Assembly: GCA_041821665.1 (NCBI GenBank)
Contig: JBGUDT010000005.1
Span: 15,513 to 79,512, forward strand
Reading direction: 5' to 3'
DNA from: Anaerolineales bacterium
Lineage (GTDB): Bacteria; Chloroflexota; Anaerolineae; Anaerolineales; E44-bin32
Length of the DNA stretch: 64,000 nucleotides
This document shows, in pieces, positions 37,887-47,271 of this stretch. The position numbers and the translations under genes are program-made. Below the pieces are notes generated by a model, which saw nothing but the letters and a program-made list of their open reading frames with translations, was not told the DNA's origin and searched no databases. Numbering within the stretch: position 1 is the stretch's first letter; every line of letters begins with the position of its first letter.

Positions 37887-39302
37887 ATGCTAACCCTAGG
37901 ACACGTTGTCGAAGCGCTATCAGGGCATCCTGAGCCCAGTCTAACGACTGAGTTCAAGCATGCTGTTATTGATTCGCGCCAGGTTGAGCCCGGTGCGCTG
38001 TTTATCGCGCTCCCTGGGGAGCAGGTCGATGGTCATGATTTTGTCACCGATGCGCTTGAACTGGGAGCCGCTGCCGCGTTGGTCGATCGAGATGTTGACG
38101 TTGAGGCAAATGTAATTGATTTCCGACGAGATGTTCGCGAGCAGCTCTCCACAGTCATATCCACCCCCGTCATCTTGCGAGTGGAGGATAGCCTGCTTGG
38201 ACTCCAGAGAACGGCAGCGTTCTGGCGAGAACAACTCTCGTTACGCGTGGTTGGGATTACGGGGAGCGTGGGTAAATCGACGACTAAGGAACTTACCGCC
38301 GATGTGCTCTCCCGTCGATTCAGGACGATAAAAAACCCAGGCAATCTAAATAATGAGATTGGTTTGCCGCTCACGCTTTTACAGGCGAACGAGAAGCATG
38401 AGCGAGCCGTACTCGAGATGGGCTTCTACGTTCCGGGAGAGATCGCGTTGCTTTGCGATATTGCGATCCCTTCTGTCGGCGTCGTGACCAACATCAGTGA
38501 AGTACATCTGGAGAGAGCCGGGACGATGGATGCCATTGTTGAGGGAAAGGGCGAGCTGGTGGCAGCACTGCCGGAAGATGGGGTTGCGGTTTTAAACCAC
38601 GATGAGCCCATGGTGAGAAATCTGGAAGATCGCACAGATGCACGTGTCTTCTTCTACGGGTTATCACCAGAATCGCATCTCTGGGCGAGTGAGGTCGAAG
38701 GTCTCGGCCTGGATGGTGTCCGCTGCGTCCTGCACTATGAAGGGGATACGATCCATCTTCGCGTGCCACTTCTCGGTCGTCACTCTGTTCATACAATCCT
38801 GCGAGCTGCCGCTGTGGGATTGATCGAGGGATTGACATGGCAGGAAATTGTTGGGGGTTTACAGGGCACCAAGAGCCAACTCCGTCTTGTCGCTGTTCAG
38901 GGACCGAAAGATTCACTGCTGCTCGATGATACCTACAATTCAGCTCCAGCTTCTGTGCTCGCGGCGCTCAATCTCCTCGAGGAACTCGATGGTCGACGTG
39001 TCGCCGTTCTTGGGGACATGCTGGAATTAGGTGAATACGAGGAGAAAGGTCATCGGCTCGTAGGCGCACGCGTGGCCGGAATCGCCGATCTGCTCATCAC
39101 CATTGGAGAACGAGCGCGTTGGATTGCGGATGAGGCACAGACGGTCGGGATGCCTGACGAACAAGTAATCGAACTAAAAGACAGTCAAGACGCGGTCACC
39201 TACCTGGAAGAACGAGTGGAAGAAGGAGATGTGATCCTCGTAAAAGGGTCACGAGGAATGCGGATGGACAGGATTGTCTCCGCACTCGAGGCGCACGCAT
39301 GA
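37887..39302 (+). CDS. murF: UDP-N-acetylmuramoyl-tripeptide--D-alanyl-D-alanine ligase MurF
   Basis: 'IDSRQVEPGALFIALPGEQVDGHDF', 'GITGSVGKSTTKE', 'NLNNEIGLPLTLL' (diagnostic for MurF) and 'DDTYNSAP'. I chose the start at the ATG at 37887 because it has a GAGGGAGA RBS. Confidence 0.85.
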   Translation: MLTLGHVVEALSGHPEPSLTTEFKHAVIDSRQVEPGALFIALPGEQVDGHDFVTDALELGAAAALVDRDVDVEANVIDFRRDVREQLSTVISTPVILRVEDSLLGLQRTAAFWREQLSLRVVGITGSVGKSTTKELTADVLSRRFRTIKNPGNLNNEIGLPLTLLQANEKHERAVLEMGFYVPGEIALLCDIAIPSVGVVTNISEVHLERAGTMDAIVEGKGELVAALPEDGVAVLNHDEPMVRNLEDRTDARVFFYGLSPESHLWASEVEGLGLDGVRCVLHYEGDTIHLRVPLLGRHSVHTILRAAAVGLIEGLTWQEIVGGLQGTKSQLRLVAVQGPKDSLLLDDTYNSAPASVLAALNLLEELDGRRVAVLGDMLELGEYEEKGHRLVGARVAGIADLLITIGERARWIADEAQTVGMPDEQVIELKDSQDAVTYLEERVEEGDVILVKGSRGMRMDRIVSALEAHA

Positions 39303-40291
39303 CCGAAGCTGCAATGGCGCTTTCCCTGGGTGGAATTACCTTTCTGCTCACAGTTATTTGGGGGGGACCGTTGATCCGCGTTCTTAAAATGTACGGCATT
39401 GGCGAACGCATTCGCATCGAGGGGCCCCAGCGACACTTCACCAAGCTTGGAACTCCCACCATGGGAGGAATACTTTTCATTATTCCCATTCTTTCGGTGA
39501 CGGGCGTACTCAACCTGGTCTCGATATTGAGTGACATGAACATTTTCGGGAACTCGATCTTGCTGCCTTTGTTGGTCATGGTTCTTTTCGCAGCCATCGG
39601 CGCTTGGGATGACTGGCTGGGTGTTCGTCGTGAAGAGCGGGGCGGGATGAGCGGCAGGTCTAAAATCATCCTCCAAACCGTGGTTGCTCTTGGCGCCGCA
39701 CTCATCTTGAAATATGGACTTCATCCCCCCGAGTTGATCCTTCCGAACTACCCCGAAGGGATCGACATGGGGATCTGGTATGTCCCGATCGCCATGTTCA
39801 TCATCGTTGGTACAAGCAATGCGGTGAACCTGACGGATGGGCTCGACGGCTTGGCGGGATTGATCGCTGCCACAGCATTCGCGGTCTTCGGTGGGATTGC
39901 CATTCTGCAGGGGCAGGTCTTCCTCGTCCGATTCTGTTTCACGGTTGTGGGCGCTGTCTTCGCGTTCCTCTGGTACAACGCTCACCCGGCTGAGCTTTTT
40001 ATGGGGGATACCGGCTCTCTCTCGCTTGGAGCTACGCTTGCGGTGGTCGCACTGATGACGGGTCATTGGATTCTTCTCCCTGTCATCGCAATTATCCCTT
40101 TTAGTGAGACGTTGAGCGTCATGCTACAGGTTGCTTATTTTCGAATCACCAACGGTCGCCGGTTGTTTCGTATGGCGCCGCTTCATAATCACTTCGAATT
40201 GAAAGGTTGGAGTGAAACCCAAATCGTTCAGCGATTCTGGCTCGTTGCTCTATTGACCGGCATGTTCGGGGTCGCACTCGCGCTTGTATAA
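39299..40291 (+). CDS. mraY: phospho-N-acetylmuramoyl-pentapeptide transferase MraY
   Basis: 330 aa and polytopic, with 'KLGTPTMGG', 'NAVNLTDGLDGLA', 'MGDTGSLSLG' and 'PLHNHFELKGW'. Confidence 0.9.
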   Translation: MTEAAMALSLGGITFLLTVIWGGPLIRVLKMYGIGERIRIEGPQRHFTKLGTPTMGGILFIIPILSVTGVLNLVSILSDMNIFGNSILLPLLVMVLFAAIGAWDDWLGVRREERGGMSGRSKIILQTVVALGAALILKYGLHPPELILPNYPEGIDMGIWYVPIAMFIIVGTSNAVNLTDGLDGLAGLIAATAFAVFGGIAILQGQVFLVRFCFTVVGAVFAFLWYNAHPAELFMGDTGSLSLGATLAVVALMTGHWILLPVIAIIPFSETLSVMLQVAYFRITNGRRLFRMAPLHNHFELKGWSETQIVQRFWLVALLTGMFGVALALV

Positions 40292-40305
40292 GGAGGCATG
40301 AAATC

Positions 40306-40608
40306 ATGGAGATCGGAATGCTGTGGTTCGACGACGGACCCAACTCAATGCAGGAGAAAGTTAATCAAGCCGTAACTTTCTACACAGATAAATTTGGAAA
40401 AAAACCGACTCACTGCTTGGTAAACCCGACCACGCTGAATGGTGGTGATGGCACCGTCGCAGGCATAGAAGTCAAGTCAGCCAGGACGGTAATGCCCGAT
40501 CACTACTGGGTTGGCATCGAGGAGCAAAATCGAAAACGTCGCTCCCAAAGTGCAGGTAAGGAACCGAAGAGAGGTTCTGATGTGGTTCCTGAGGAAAAAG
40601 CGGCTTAG
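40306..40608 (+). CDS. hypothetical 100-aa soluble protein inserted between mraY and murD
   Basis: The ATG is preceded by AGGAGG at optimal spacing. There is no TM segment and the C-terminal tail is basic. I recognise no family. Confidence 0.55.
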   Translation: MEIGMLWFDDGPNSMQEKVNQAVTFYTDKFGKKPTHCLVNPTTLNGGDGTVAGIEVKSARTVMPDHYWVGIEEQNRKRRSQSAGKEPKRGSDVVPEEKAA

Positions 40609-40623
40609 TACATCCGATGTGTT

Positions 40624-42006
40624 TTGATGCCTGAGTGGGATGGAAAAAAAGTCGTTGTGTTAGGGCTGGCACGGCAAGGCAAAGCGCTTGCTCGGTATTT
40701 CTCTGCCCGTGGGGCGGAGGTGGTTCTCTCCGATTTGAAGACATCGGAGGAGCTTGAAAGGGAGCAGATTGAATTGGACGATCTGAAGGTGACATACGTG
40801 CTCGGAGAACATCCGACTTCGTTGCTTGAAAACGCTGACATTTTGTGTCTGTCGGGCGGCGTTCCCGCGGACATCCCGTTGGCAGAGAATGCGCGTGAAG
40901 AAGGCATCCCGATTACGAATGACGCCCAGATCTTTCTGGAAAACTGTCCCGCCTCTGTGATTGGGATAACCGGGTCAGCCGGAAAGACGACGACAACAAC
41001 ACTGGTTGCACGGATCGCAGAACTAGCCCTCGGTAATTCGGATCGAACCGTATGGCTTGGCGGCAACATCGGCCGCCCGTTGCTCAATGATATCGGGGAA
41101 ATGAAATCATCCGATGTGGTCGTGATGGAACTTTCGTCCTTTCAGCTTGAGCTTATGACTATGGCGCCCCAGATAGGTGCTTACTTGAATCTCACGCCTG
41201 ATCATCTCGATCGTCATAAGACGATGGAGAAATATGCCTCTGCCAAAGCTCGCATTCTCCTGAATCAGCCCGAAGGCTCCAGCATGGTCTTGAACCGTGA
41301 TGATTTCCTTGTCTGGGAACTAAAGGACAAGGTGATCGACCGCTTGATAAGTTTTGGATGGGATAAACCGATCGACGGAGAAGGGAGCTATATATCCGGA
41401 GGGCAAATCCGCATGCGTCATGAGGGGACCGATTCGTTCATTTGCTCGGTTGACCAGGTCCCTTTGATTGGAAAACATAACCTCTCGAATGTGCTTGCGG
41501 CCACAGCCATCATCGCAGCGGCAGATCTGCCGTTGGAAGCGATCGGACCGGCGATCGAAAGATTTGAAGGCGTGCCCCATAGGCTGGAGTTCGTGCGCAC
41601 GATTGCTGGAGTCGATTGGTATAACGATTCTATTGCAACTACCCCGGATCGCGCCCTCGCGGCCGTCCACGCATTTTCTGGACCGCTTGTGCTCATCGCT
41701 GGGGGTCGTGATAAAGATTTGAACTGGGACAATTATGCAGTTGAAGTACTCCAGGCGGTGGAATATTTGATCCTCTTCGGTGAGGCTGGGGAAAAAATCG
41801 AGCGTGCTGTGAAGAACGTAATTGGCGCAGGGAAAATCCTTCAGATTAGACGGTGCGAGAGGATGGAAGACGCCGTCGGAATAGCAAAGGATGTCGCCGG
41901 GGAAGGCGATGTGGTCGTTCTGTCGCCAGGTGCGACGAGCTTTGACGAGTTTTCTAATTATGAAGCTCGCGGGGACAAATTCCGGGACTTAGTGAGGGCG
42001 ATGTGA
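40624..42006 (+). CDS. murD: UDP-N-acetylmuramoylalanine--D-glutamate ligase MurD
   Basis: 'KKVVVLGLARQGKALARYF' (Rossmann N-domain), 'GITGSAGKTTTTTL', 'NLTPDHLDRH' and 'PHRLEF'. Confidence 0.85.
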   Translation: MMPEWDGKKVVVLGLARQGKALARYFSARGAEVVLSDLKTSEELEREQIELDDLKVTYVLGEHPTSLLENADILCLSGGVPADIPLAENAREEGIPITNDAQIFLENCPASVIGITGSAGKTTTTTLVARIAELALGNSDRTVWLGGNIGRPLLNDIGEMKSSDVVVMELSSFQLELMTMAPQIGAYLNLTPDHLDRHKTMEKYASAKARILLNQPEGSSMVLNRDDFLVWELKDKVIDRLISFGWDKPIDGEGSYISGGQIRMRHEGTDSFICSVDQVPLIGKHNLSNVLAATAIIAAADLPLEAIGPAIERFEGVPHRLEFVRTIAGVDWYNDSIATTPDRALAAVHAFSGPLVLIAGGRDKDLNWDNYAVEVLQAVEYLILFGEAGEKIERAVKNVIGAGKILQIRRCERMEDAVGIAKDVAGEGDVVVLSPGATSFDEFSNYEARGDKFRDLVRAM

Positions 42007-43229
42007 TTGGCGCGACGACTTCATCCGATCCGATCAAACCGAAACGCTTCGAGCTCGGATTCGATACGTGGCTGTTGATATTGGTCGCAGTCATGATTGT
42101 GTTTGGAATGGTCATGGTCTATTCGGCAAGCTGGGACGTGTCCTGGCGGCTGCATCAGGATCGCAATGCACTCTTTTATCGTCAGCTTTTAAATCTTGGT
42201 GTGGCGCTGGTGGTGATGTTCGTTGCGGCATGGTTCCCGTTGGAGTGGTTGAAAAAATTGGCGCTGCCGCTCATTCTGGGGACGATCGCCATACTCTTCG
42301 CAGTTCTAGTCGTAAATGCGGGCGGTGAATACAAGCGCGCATTCCTGGGCGCTTCTGTTCAGCCCTCAGAGATGGCGAAACTCGCCCTGGTGATTTACCT
42401 CGCAGTATGGATGGAATCAAAAGGCGAGAAATTAGGTGACATGGGCTATGGCTTCTGGCCACTGATCTTCATCGTCGGCATCGTCGGCGGGCTCATCGTT
42501 GTGCAGCCAGACTTGAGCGCTGGTGTGACCATCGGTCTTGTGGCGCTCACTATGTTTTTCCTTGCAGGTGCGCATCCCATACAATCGGTAGCTTTTGGAT
42601 TGGGGGGTGGTCTCGTCGGATTTCTTGTCATGAAATTACATCAAACCGGCGCCAATAGATGGTTCCAATATCAGCAGGGTCTGGTGGATATCGAAGAAGC
42701 GCACTACCACGTTCAGCAGTCATTACAGGCGTTTTATTCGGGTGGTCTATTGGGTCGAGGCCTCGGTGCAAGCCGGGCGAAATTTGGCTTTTTACCTGCG
42801 CCACATACAGACAGTGTGTATGCGATCGTAGGAGAGGAACTCGGGCTCTTTGGTGCACTCATCGTGTTGGCTCTCTTTTGTCTACTTTTATGGCGAGGTT
42901 TCTTAATCGCAAACAAATCTGAAAACCGTCTGTCCATGTTGATTGCAAGCGGCGTCACATTCTGGATCGGTGCGGAGGCGCTGATCAACATGTCCGTATT
43001 ACTGGGGCTACTTCCCTTTGCAGGAAATGCCTTACCTTTCTTCAGTTATGGAGGATCAAATCTTGTCATCACGCTTGCCGGGATAGGGTTGCTATTAAAT
43101 GTATCCCGGAGGGTGTCACTCGAGAATAGAAAGCGAGGCCTTGTTGCGAGTTTTAGTATCGGCGGGCGGGACGGGGGGCGGCGTGTATCCCGCCTTGGCC
43201 GTCGTCGCCGCGCTCGGCAAGAGCGCTGA
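42003..43229 (+). CDS. ftsW: SEDS-family peptidoglycan glycosyltransferase FtsW
   Basis: 408 aa with about 10 TM segments, plus 'QPSEMAKLALVIYLA', 'HTDSVYAIVGEELG' and 'LPFFSYGGSN'. The Arg-rich C-terminal tail is encoded in the region that overlaps murG. Confidence 0.85.
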   Translation: MIGATTSSDPIKPKRFELGFDTWLLILVAVMIVFGMVMVYSASWDVSWRLHQDRNALFYRQLLNLGVALVVMFVAAWFPLEWLKKLALPLILGTIAILFAVLVVNAGGEYKRAFLGASVQPSEMAKLALVIYLAVWMESKGEKLGDMGYGFWPLIFIVGIVGGLIVVQPDLSAGVTIGLVALTMFFLAGAHPIQSVAFGLGGGLVGFLVMKLHQTGANRWFQYQQGLVDIEEAHYHVQQSLQAFYSGGLLGRGLGASRAKFGFLPAPHTDSVYAIVGEELGLFGALIVLALFCLLLWRGFLIANKSENRLSMLIASGVTFWIGAEALINMSVLLGLLPFAGNALPFFSYGGSNLVITLAGIGLLLNVSRRVSLENRKRGLVASFSIGGRDGGRRVSRLGRRRRARQER

Positions 43230-44244
43230 AGTGCTCTGGGTTGGCGGAGAAGGTGGTATGGAGGCTGCGCTCGTGAAGCGAGCGGGAATACCATTCACCG
43301 CCATTCCGGCTGCGGGCATGCATGGTGTGGGATTGCGAAGAGCGCCTGGGAATGCCATGCAGTTGATGCGCGGCTGGAGGGCAGCTCGAAGCCTGATTCA
43401 GGAGTACCAGCCCGATGTGCTCTTTTTCACAGGAGGGTATGTGGCTGTACCAGTCGCATTTGCGGGAGGGGATACGCGCACAGCATGCTTTGTCCCCGAC
43501 CTTGAACCTGCGTTTGCGCTACAGATCATCAGTCGTCGAGCAGACATCATCGCGATTACGACGGATGAGTCTCGTAAGTATTACAAACAAGGAAAGAATA
43601 TTGTGGTGAGCGGTTACCCGACGCGTTACGATGCGGGGGCAATCAATCAAGATGATGCAAGGAAGGCGCTTGAGTTACAGGATGGAGTTCCTGTGATTCT
43701 TGTGTTCGGAGGTAGCCGGGGAGCGCGCTCGATTAACGAGGCCCTCTGGAATGTGCTCGCTGAGGTGCTCGAATTTGCCCAGGTCCTACATATCACTGGT
43801 GAATTGGATTGGCCGGGAACTGCTGCTCAACAGGAAAAACTACCGGCTGACCTTGCGCATCGTTACCATCCTTATGCCTATCTGCATAAGGAGATGGCAT
43901 TTGCGCTGGCATCCGCAAATTTGGTTGTTTCGCGAGCGGGGGCTGCCACGATGGGAGAGTTTCCCCTCTTTGGTCTACCCGCAATCCTCGTGCCCTACCC
44001 ACATGCGTGGCGATACCAGAAGACGAACGCTGCATACCTCGAAAAGAAAGGCGCCGCGATTGTGCTTGAGGATGCCGCATTATCTGCAGAACTTCTTCCT
44101 AGGTTGAAGGAGCTTCTCACGGATACACATCGCTTGCAGGCGATGAGCACTGCTTCAAGATCGTTGGCTCGTCCAGACGCAGCGGAGATCATCGCCAATG
44201 AGATTATCGCTCTTACACAGGGACGTGGAGGCGAGCGTGATTAG
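43141..44244 (+). CDS. murG: undecaprenyldiphospho-muramoylpentapeptide beta-N-acetylglucosaminyltransferase MurG
   Basis: 'RVLVSAGGTGGGVYPALAV' is the G-loop, with 'VFGGSRGA' and 'VSRAGAATMGE' further on. The start is probably the TTG at 43141 or 43144. The ORF-track start at 43099 adds a non-conserved leader. Confidence 0.85.
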   Translation: MLRVLVSAGGTGGGVYPALAVVAALGKSAEVLWVGGEGGMEAALVKRAGIPFTAIPAAGMHGVGLRRAPGNAMQLMRGWRAARSLIQEYQPDVLFFTGGYVAVPVAFAGGDTRTACFVPDLEPAFALQIISRRADIIAITTDESRKYYKQGKNIVVSGYPTRYDAGAINQDDARKALELQDGVPVILVFGGSRGARSINEALWNVLAEVLEFAQVLHITGELDWPGTAAQQEKLPADLAHRYHPYAYLHKEMAFALASANLVVSRAGAATMGEFPLFGLPAILVPYPHAWRYQKTNAAYLEKKGAAIVLEDAALSAELLPRLKELLTDTHRLQAMSTASRSLARPDAAEIIANEIIALTQGRGGERD

Positions 44245-44770
44245 TCTGGTTGTGCTCTTCGTCCTTCTCATCATTTTGTTCGCTGTGATTGGTGCAACCC
44301 GGGGATGGGCGAAGGAACTTCTTGTCACCAGCTCTGTAATCCTGGCTTTATTCATCATTCAGATCCTGGAATTCCATGTCGAACCTTTCACAACGGCCCT
44401 TACGCTGCAGCCTCCTGGTACTCAATTACTCATCAGGGGTGGATTGATCATATTACTTGCCATATTTGGGTATCAGACGCCGCACATCCGGGCGTTGCAG
44501 CCCAAACTCGCTCGAGAGAGACTCCAGGATGTGCTGTTAGGCATATTCCTCGGGGCATTGAACGGGTTCTTAATCTTCGGTTCACTCTGGTATTTCATGC
44601 ACGAGCTGAATTATCCATCGCCGTTTGTCATGATGCCGCCAGAAGGATCTGAATTGGCGCTGCAGATCGACAGCATCGTGGCATACCTGCCCCCTGAACT
44701 GCTGCCCATACCGCAAGTTTATTTTGCTGTTGGAATCGTATTTGTCTTCATCATCGTGGTGTTTGTATGA
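44237..44770 (+). CDS. CvpA-family-like membrane protein
   Basis: About 177 aa from the GTG at 44237, with 4 TM helices. 'GATRGWAKELL' and 'LLGIFLGALNGFLIFGSLW' resemble CvpA signature regions. It has 4-nt to 8-nt overlaps with murG and murC. Confidence 0.5.
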   Translation: MISLVVLFVLLIILFAVIGATRGWAKELLVTSSVILALFIIQILEFHVEPFTTALTLQPPGTQLLIRGGLIILLAIFGYQTPHIRALQPKLARERLQDVLLGIFLGALNGFLIFGSLWYFMHELNYPSPFVMMPPEGSELALQIDSIVAYLPPELLPIPQVYFAVGIVFVFIIVVFV

Positions 44771-46134
44771 GCCGCGTAGTCCATCTGGTGGGCATTGGTG
44801 GCGCAGGTATGTCAGCCATCGCATGGGTTTTACAGGGTCGCGGAGAGACCGTGACAGGATCGGATAGGGAGATTTCGGTGTATTCGGAAGCACTTGAGGA
44901 TGCAGGAATCGATATTCATTACGGTCATCGAGCTGAGAACGTCCATGACGTGGACCTCGTGGTGGCCTCATCAGCGGTGCCTGAAACCAATATCGAATTA
45001 CAGACTGCTGATGAGCGGGGCATCCCTGTGCTTCGCCGGGACGTCTTCCTCCCCACACTCACAGAGGGAAAACGGACGATCGCGGTCGCTGGAACGCATG
45101 GCAAGACCACGACAACGGGCATCATCGCTTGGTTACTCGACCAAGCTGGATTGGATCCGACGTTCATTGCAGGGGGGATGCTTCAGAATTACGACCGAAA
45201 CGCCAGAGCAGGGCAGGGGAATCATTTTGTGATTGAAGCCGATGAGTATGAAGGCGCCTTTCTAGGACTGGAGCCCGAGGTGGCTGTGATCACGAACGTA
45301 GAACACGATCATCCTGATTGTTTTCCGACCCCGGAGTCCTTCCGTGAGACATTTGCGACATTTGTCGATAGCGTGACGGATCTCCTTGTCGTCAGCGCTG
45401 ATGATCAGGCAGCTTTAAATCTGAAGCCCCAGGGGTGTGAGAGGCAAACGTTCGGTTTTGCACAGGATGCGGGCTGGCAAGCAGTGGACCAACAGATTAA
45501 CCCTGCTGGTGGGATGGACTTTGTTGTAATCCGTGAGGGTGTGACACTCGGTCTGGTTCGAACCAGGCTTCCCGGCGAACATAATGTTAAAAATACTCTT
45601 GCAGCGATCGCGGTAGCGGATCACGAGGGCATCGAGTTCAAAGATTCCAGAGAAGCGATAGCTGAGTTCCGGGGAATTAGACGACGGTTTGAAATCCTGG
45701 GAGAGATTCAGGGGATTACGGTGATCGATGATTACGCCCATCACCCGACTGAAATCCAGGTGACCCTATCTGCGGCACGAAATCGATATCCAGGCCAGAC
45801 GATTTGGGCCATCTTCCAACCCCACACGTATTCGAGGGTTGCTGCTCTGTTACAGGATTTCGCAGAGGCGTTTTCTGACGCCGATGAAGTGGTTGTTACA
45901 GATGTGTTTGCCGCACGGGAGGACCGCGATCCGGACCTGGATGGGGAGAGGATTGCGAATGAGATAAATCATCCATCGGTCAGGCATATTCCCGACCTGA
46001 AGGATGTAGCTCAGTTCTTGGAGGAACATGTCAGACGCGATTCGGTCGTTCTGACATTGAGCGCAGGAGACGGAAATCAAGTTGGCAGTCTCCTGCTAAA
46101 AAACCTTGAAAAGGGAGAGGTGGACCATGGCTAA
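44767..46134 (+). CDS. murC: UDP-N-acetylmuramate--L-alanine ligase MurC
   Basis: 'VHLVGIGGAGMSAIA', 'AVAGTHGKTTTTG', 'EADEYEGAF', 'NVEHDHPD' and 'DDYAHHPTE'. Confidence 0.9.
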   Translation: MSRVVHLVGIGGAGMSAIAWVLQGRGETVTGSDREISVYSEALEDAGIDIHYGHRAENVHDVDLVVASSAVPETNIELQTADERGIPVLRRDVFLPTLTEGKRTIAVAGTHGKTTTTGIIAWLLDQAGLDPTFIAGGMLQNYDRNARAGQGNHFVIEADEYEGAFLGLEPEVAVITNVEHDHPDCFPTPESFRETFATFVDSVTDLLVVSADDQAALNLKPQGCERQTFGFAQDAGWQAVDQQINPAGGMDFVVIREGVTLGLVRTRLPGEHNVKNTLAAIAVADHEGIEFKDSREAIAEFRGIRRRFEILGEIQGITVIDDYAHHPTEIQVTLSAARNRYPGQTIWAIFQPHTYSRVAALLQDFAEAFSDADEVVVTDVFAAREDRDPDLDGERIANEINHPSVRHIPDLKDVAQFLEEHVRRDSVVLTLSAGDGNQVGSLLLKNLEKGEVDHG

Positions 46135-46303
46135 GAAGAGAAAGGGCATCTTCGAAGCTGATCGCCGCATGGAGTTGAGGTTACGACTTGCTGCGAAAAA
46201 AGCTGTCGAACCGGCATTCGCCGGCGGGCCGAGGAGTCTCAGCATTGATGCGCCAGAGAAAATTGTACTGGATCGCATCATCAATCGAGTTCGGAAGTTG
46301 TGA
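46127..46303 (+). CDS. hypothetical 58-aa basic protein filling the murC-murB gap
   Basis: The sequence is [70 protein letters not shown] lies 7 nt upstream. The ATG overlaps the murC stop, and its TGA overlaps the GTG of murB (GTGA). Confidence 0.45.
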   Translation: MAKKRKGIFEADRRMELRLRLAAKKAVEPAFAGGPRSLSIDAPEKIVLDRIINRVRKL

Positions 46304-47271
46304 CAGCTCGATCGAGCACAGCCGAGATGCGTCAACTAATGAAAGACGCATTCGGCGCAGAGCTGCGGGAGGATGTCCCGCTTGGACCTTACACATCGGC
46401 ACGGATAGGTGGAGAGGCAGACATCCTCATTACGGCGGATTCGGCAAGGAGACTCGCTGAGATCGCCGAGTGGCTCTGGGAAAATGAATTGGGATTCCGC
46501 ATTATTGGTGGAGGCTCCAATGTGCTCGTTTCAGATGATGGAGTTCGTGAGGTTGTGATTTTGAACAAAGCTCGTGCAGTCGAATTCATTGATGATGGAG
46601 ATGTTTTTCGGGTTAGAGCCGAATCCGGTGCGGGTTTGGGCACGATTGCTCGCAGAGCCTCCGAGCGAGGCTGGGGGGGGCTGGAATGGGCGGCGACCAT
46701 ACCTGGAACGATTGGCGGCGCTGTCGTGGGCAACGCTGGCGCACATGGTGGGAGCATGGCGGGAAAGCTGCTGATGGCCGAAATCTTGCAACAGGGTAAG
46801 AGCATGGAATCCTGGGCCGTTGAGCGGTTCGATTATGCCTATCGGGAGAGTTCGCTGAAGAAAAATCCAGGAAATGCCGTGGTCCTGTCTGCAACCTTAA
46901 AGGTGGAACCATCCACGGTCGAGGATAGCCGTGCAAAAATTCAGGCGTTCGTTGCCCAGCGAGAAAAGACTCAGCCGCCTGGGGCAAGCATGGGATCGAT
47001 GTTTAAGAACCCAACTGGCGATTTTGCCGGACGATTGATCGATGAAGCTGGATTGAAGGGTCTTCGACGCGGCAATGCAGCCATAAGCGATAAACACGCC
47101 AACTTCTTTATCAATGAGGGCGGCGCGAGCGCAAGAGATGTCCGGGATCTCATCCAGGTTGCCAGATCCGAAGTAGCCGCGAAGTTTGGTCTTGAGCTGG
47201 AGTTGGAGATTGAACTGTTTGGGGATTGGGAAGAGAGCGACGCGGGCTTGTCGGGAGTTAATACAGGATGA
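46300..47271 (+). CDS. murB: UDP-N-acetylenolpyruvoylglucosamine reductase MurB
   Basis: '[14 protein letters not shown]', 'GGGSNVLV', '[17 protein letters not shown]', 'GSMFKNP' and 'HANFFIN'. An alternative start is the ATG at 46327. Confidence 0.85.
   Translation: MTARSSTAEMRQLMKDAFGAELREDVPLGPYTSARIGGEADILITADSARRLAEIAEWLWENELGFRIIGGGSNVLVSDDGVREVVILNKARAVEFIDDGDVFRVRAESGAGLGTIARRASERGWGGLEWAATIPGTIGGAVVGNAGAHGGSMAGKLLMAEILQQGKSMESWAVERFDYAYRESSLKKNPGNAVVLSATLKVEPSTVEDSRAKIQAFVAQREKTQPPGASMGSMFKNPTGDFAGRLIDEAGLKGLRRGNAAISDKHANFFINEGGASARDVRDLIQVARSEVAAKFGLELELEIELFGDWEESDAGLSGVNTG

Noticed and set aside
39200-40066. Long antisense ORFs inside well-supported genes. Examples are 39200-40066 opposite mraY, 5387-5926 opposite addB, 36761-37456 opposite ftsI, 50956-51450 opposite ftsZ and 40605-41087 opposite murD.
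   Set aside because: They are shadow ORFs typical of GC-rich coding regions. Their translations are Arg/Ser/Pro-rich with no motifs, whereas the sense-strand products have unambiguous family signatures.
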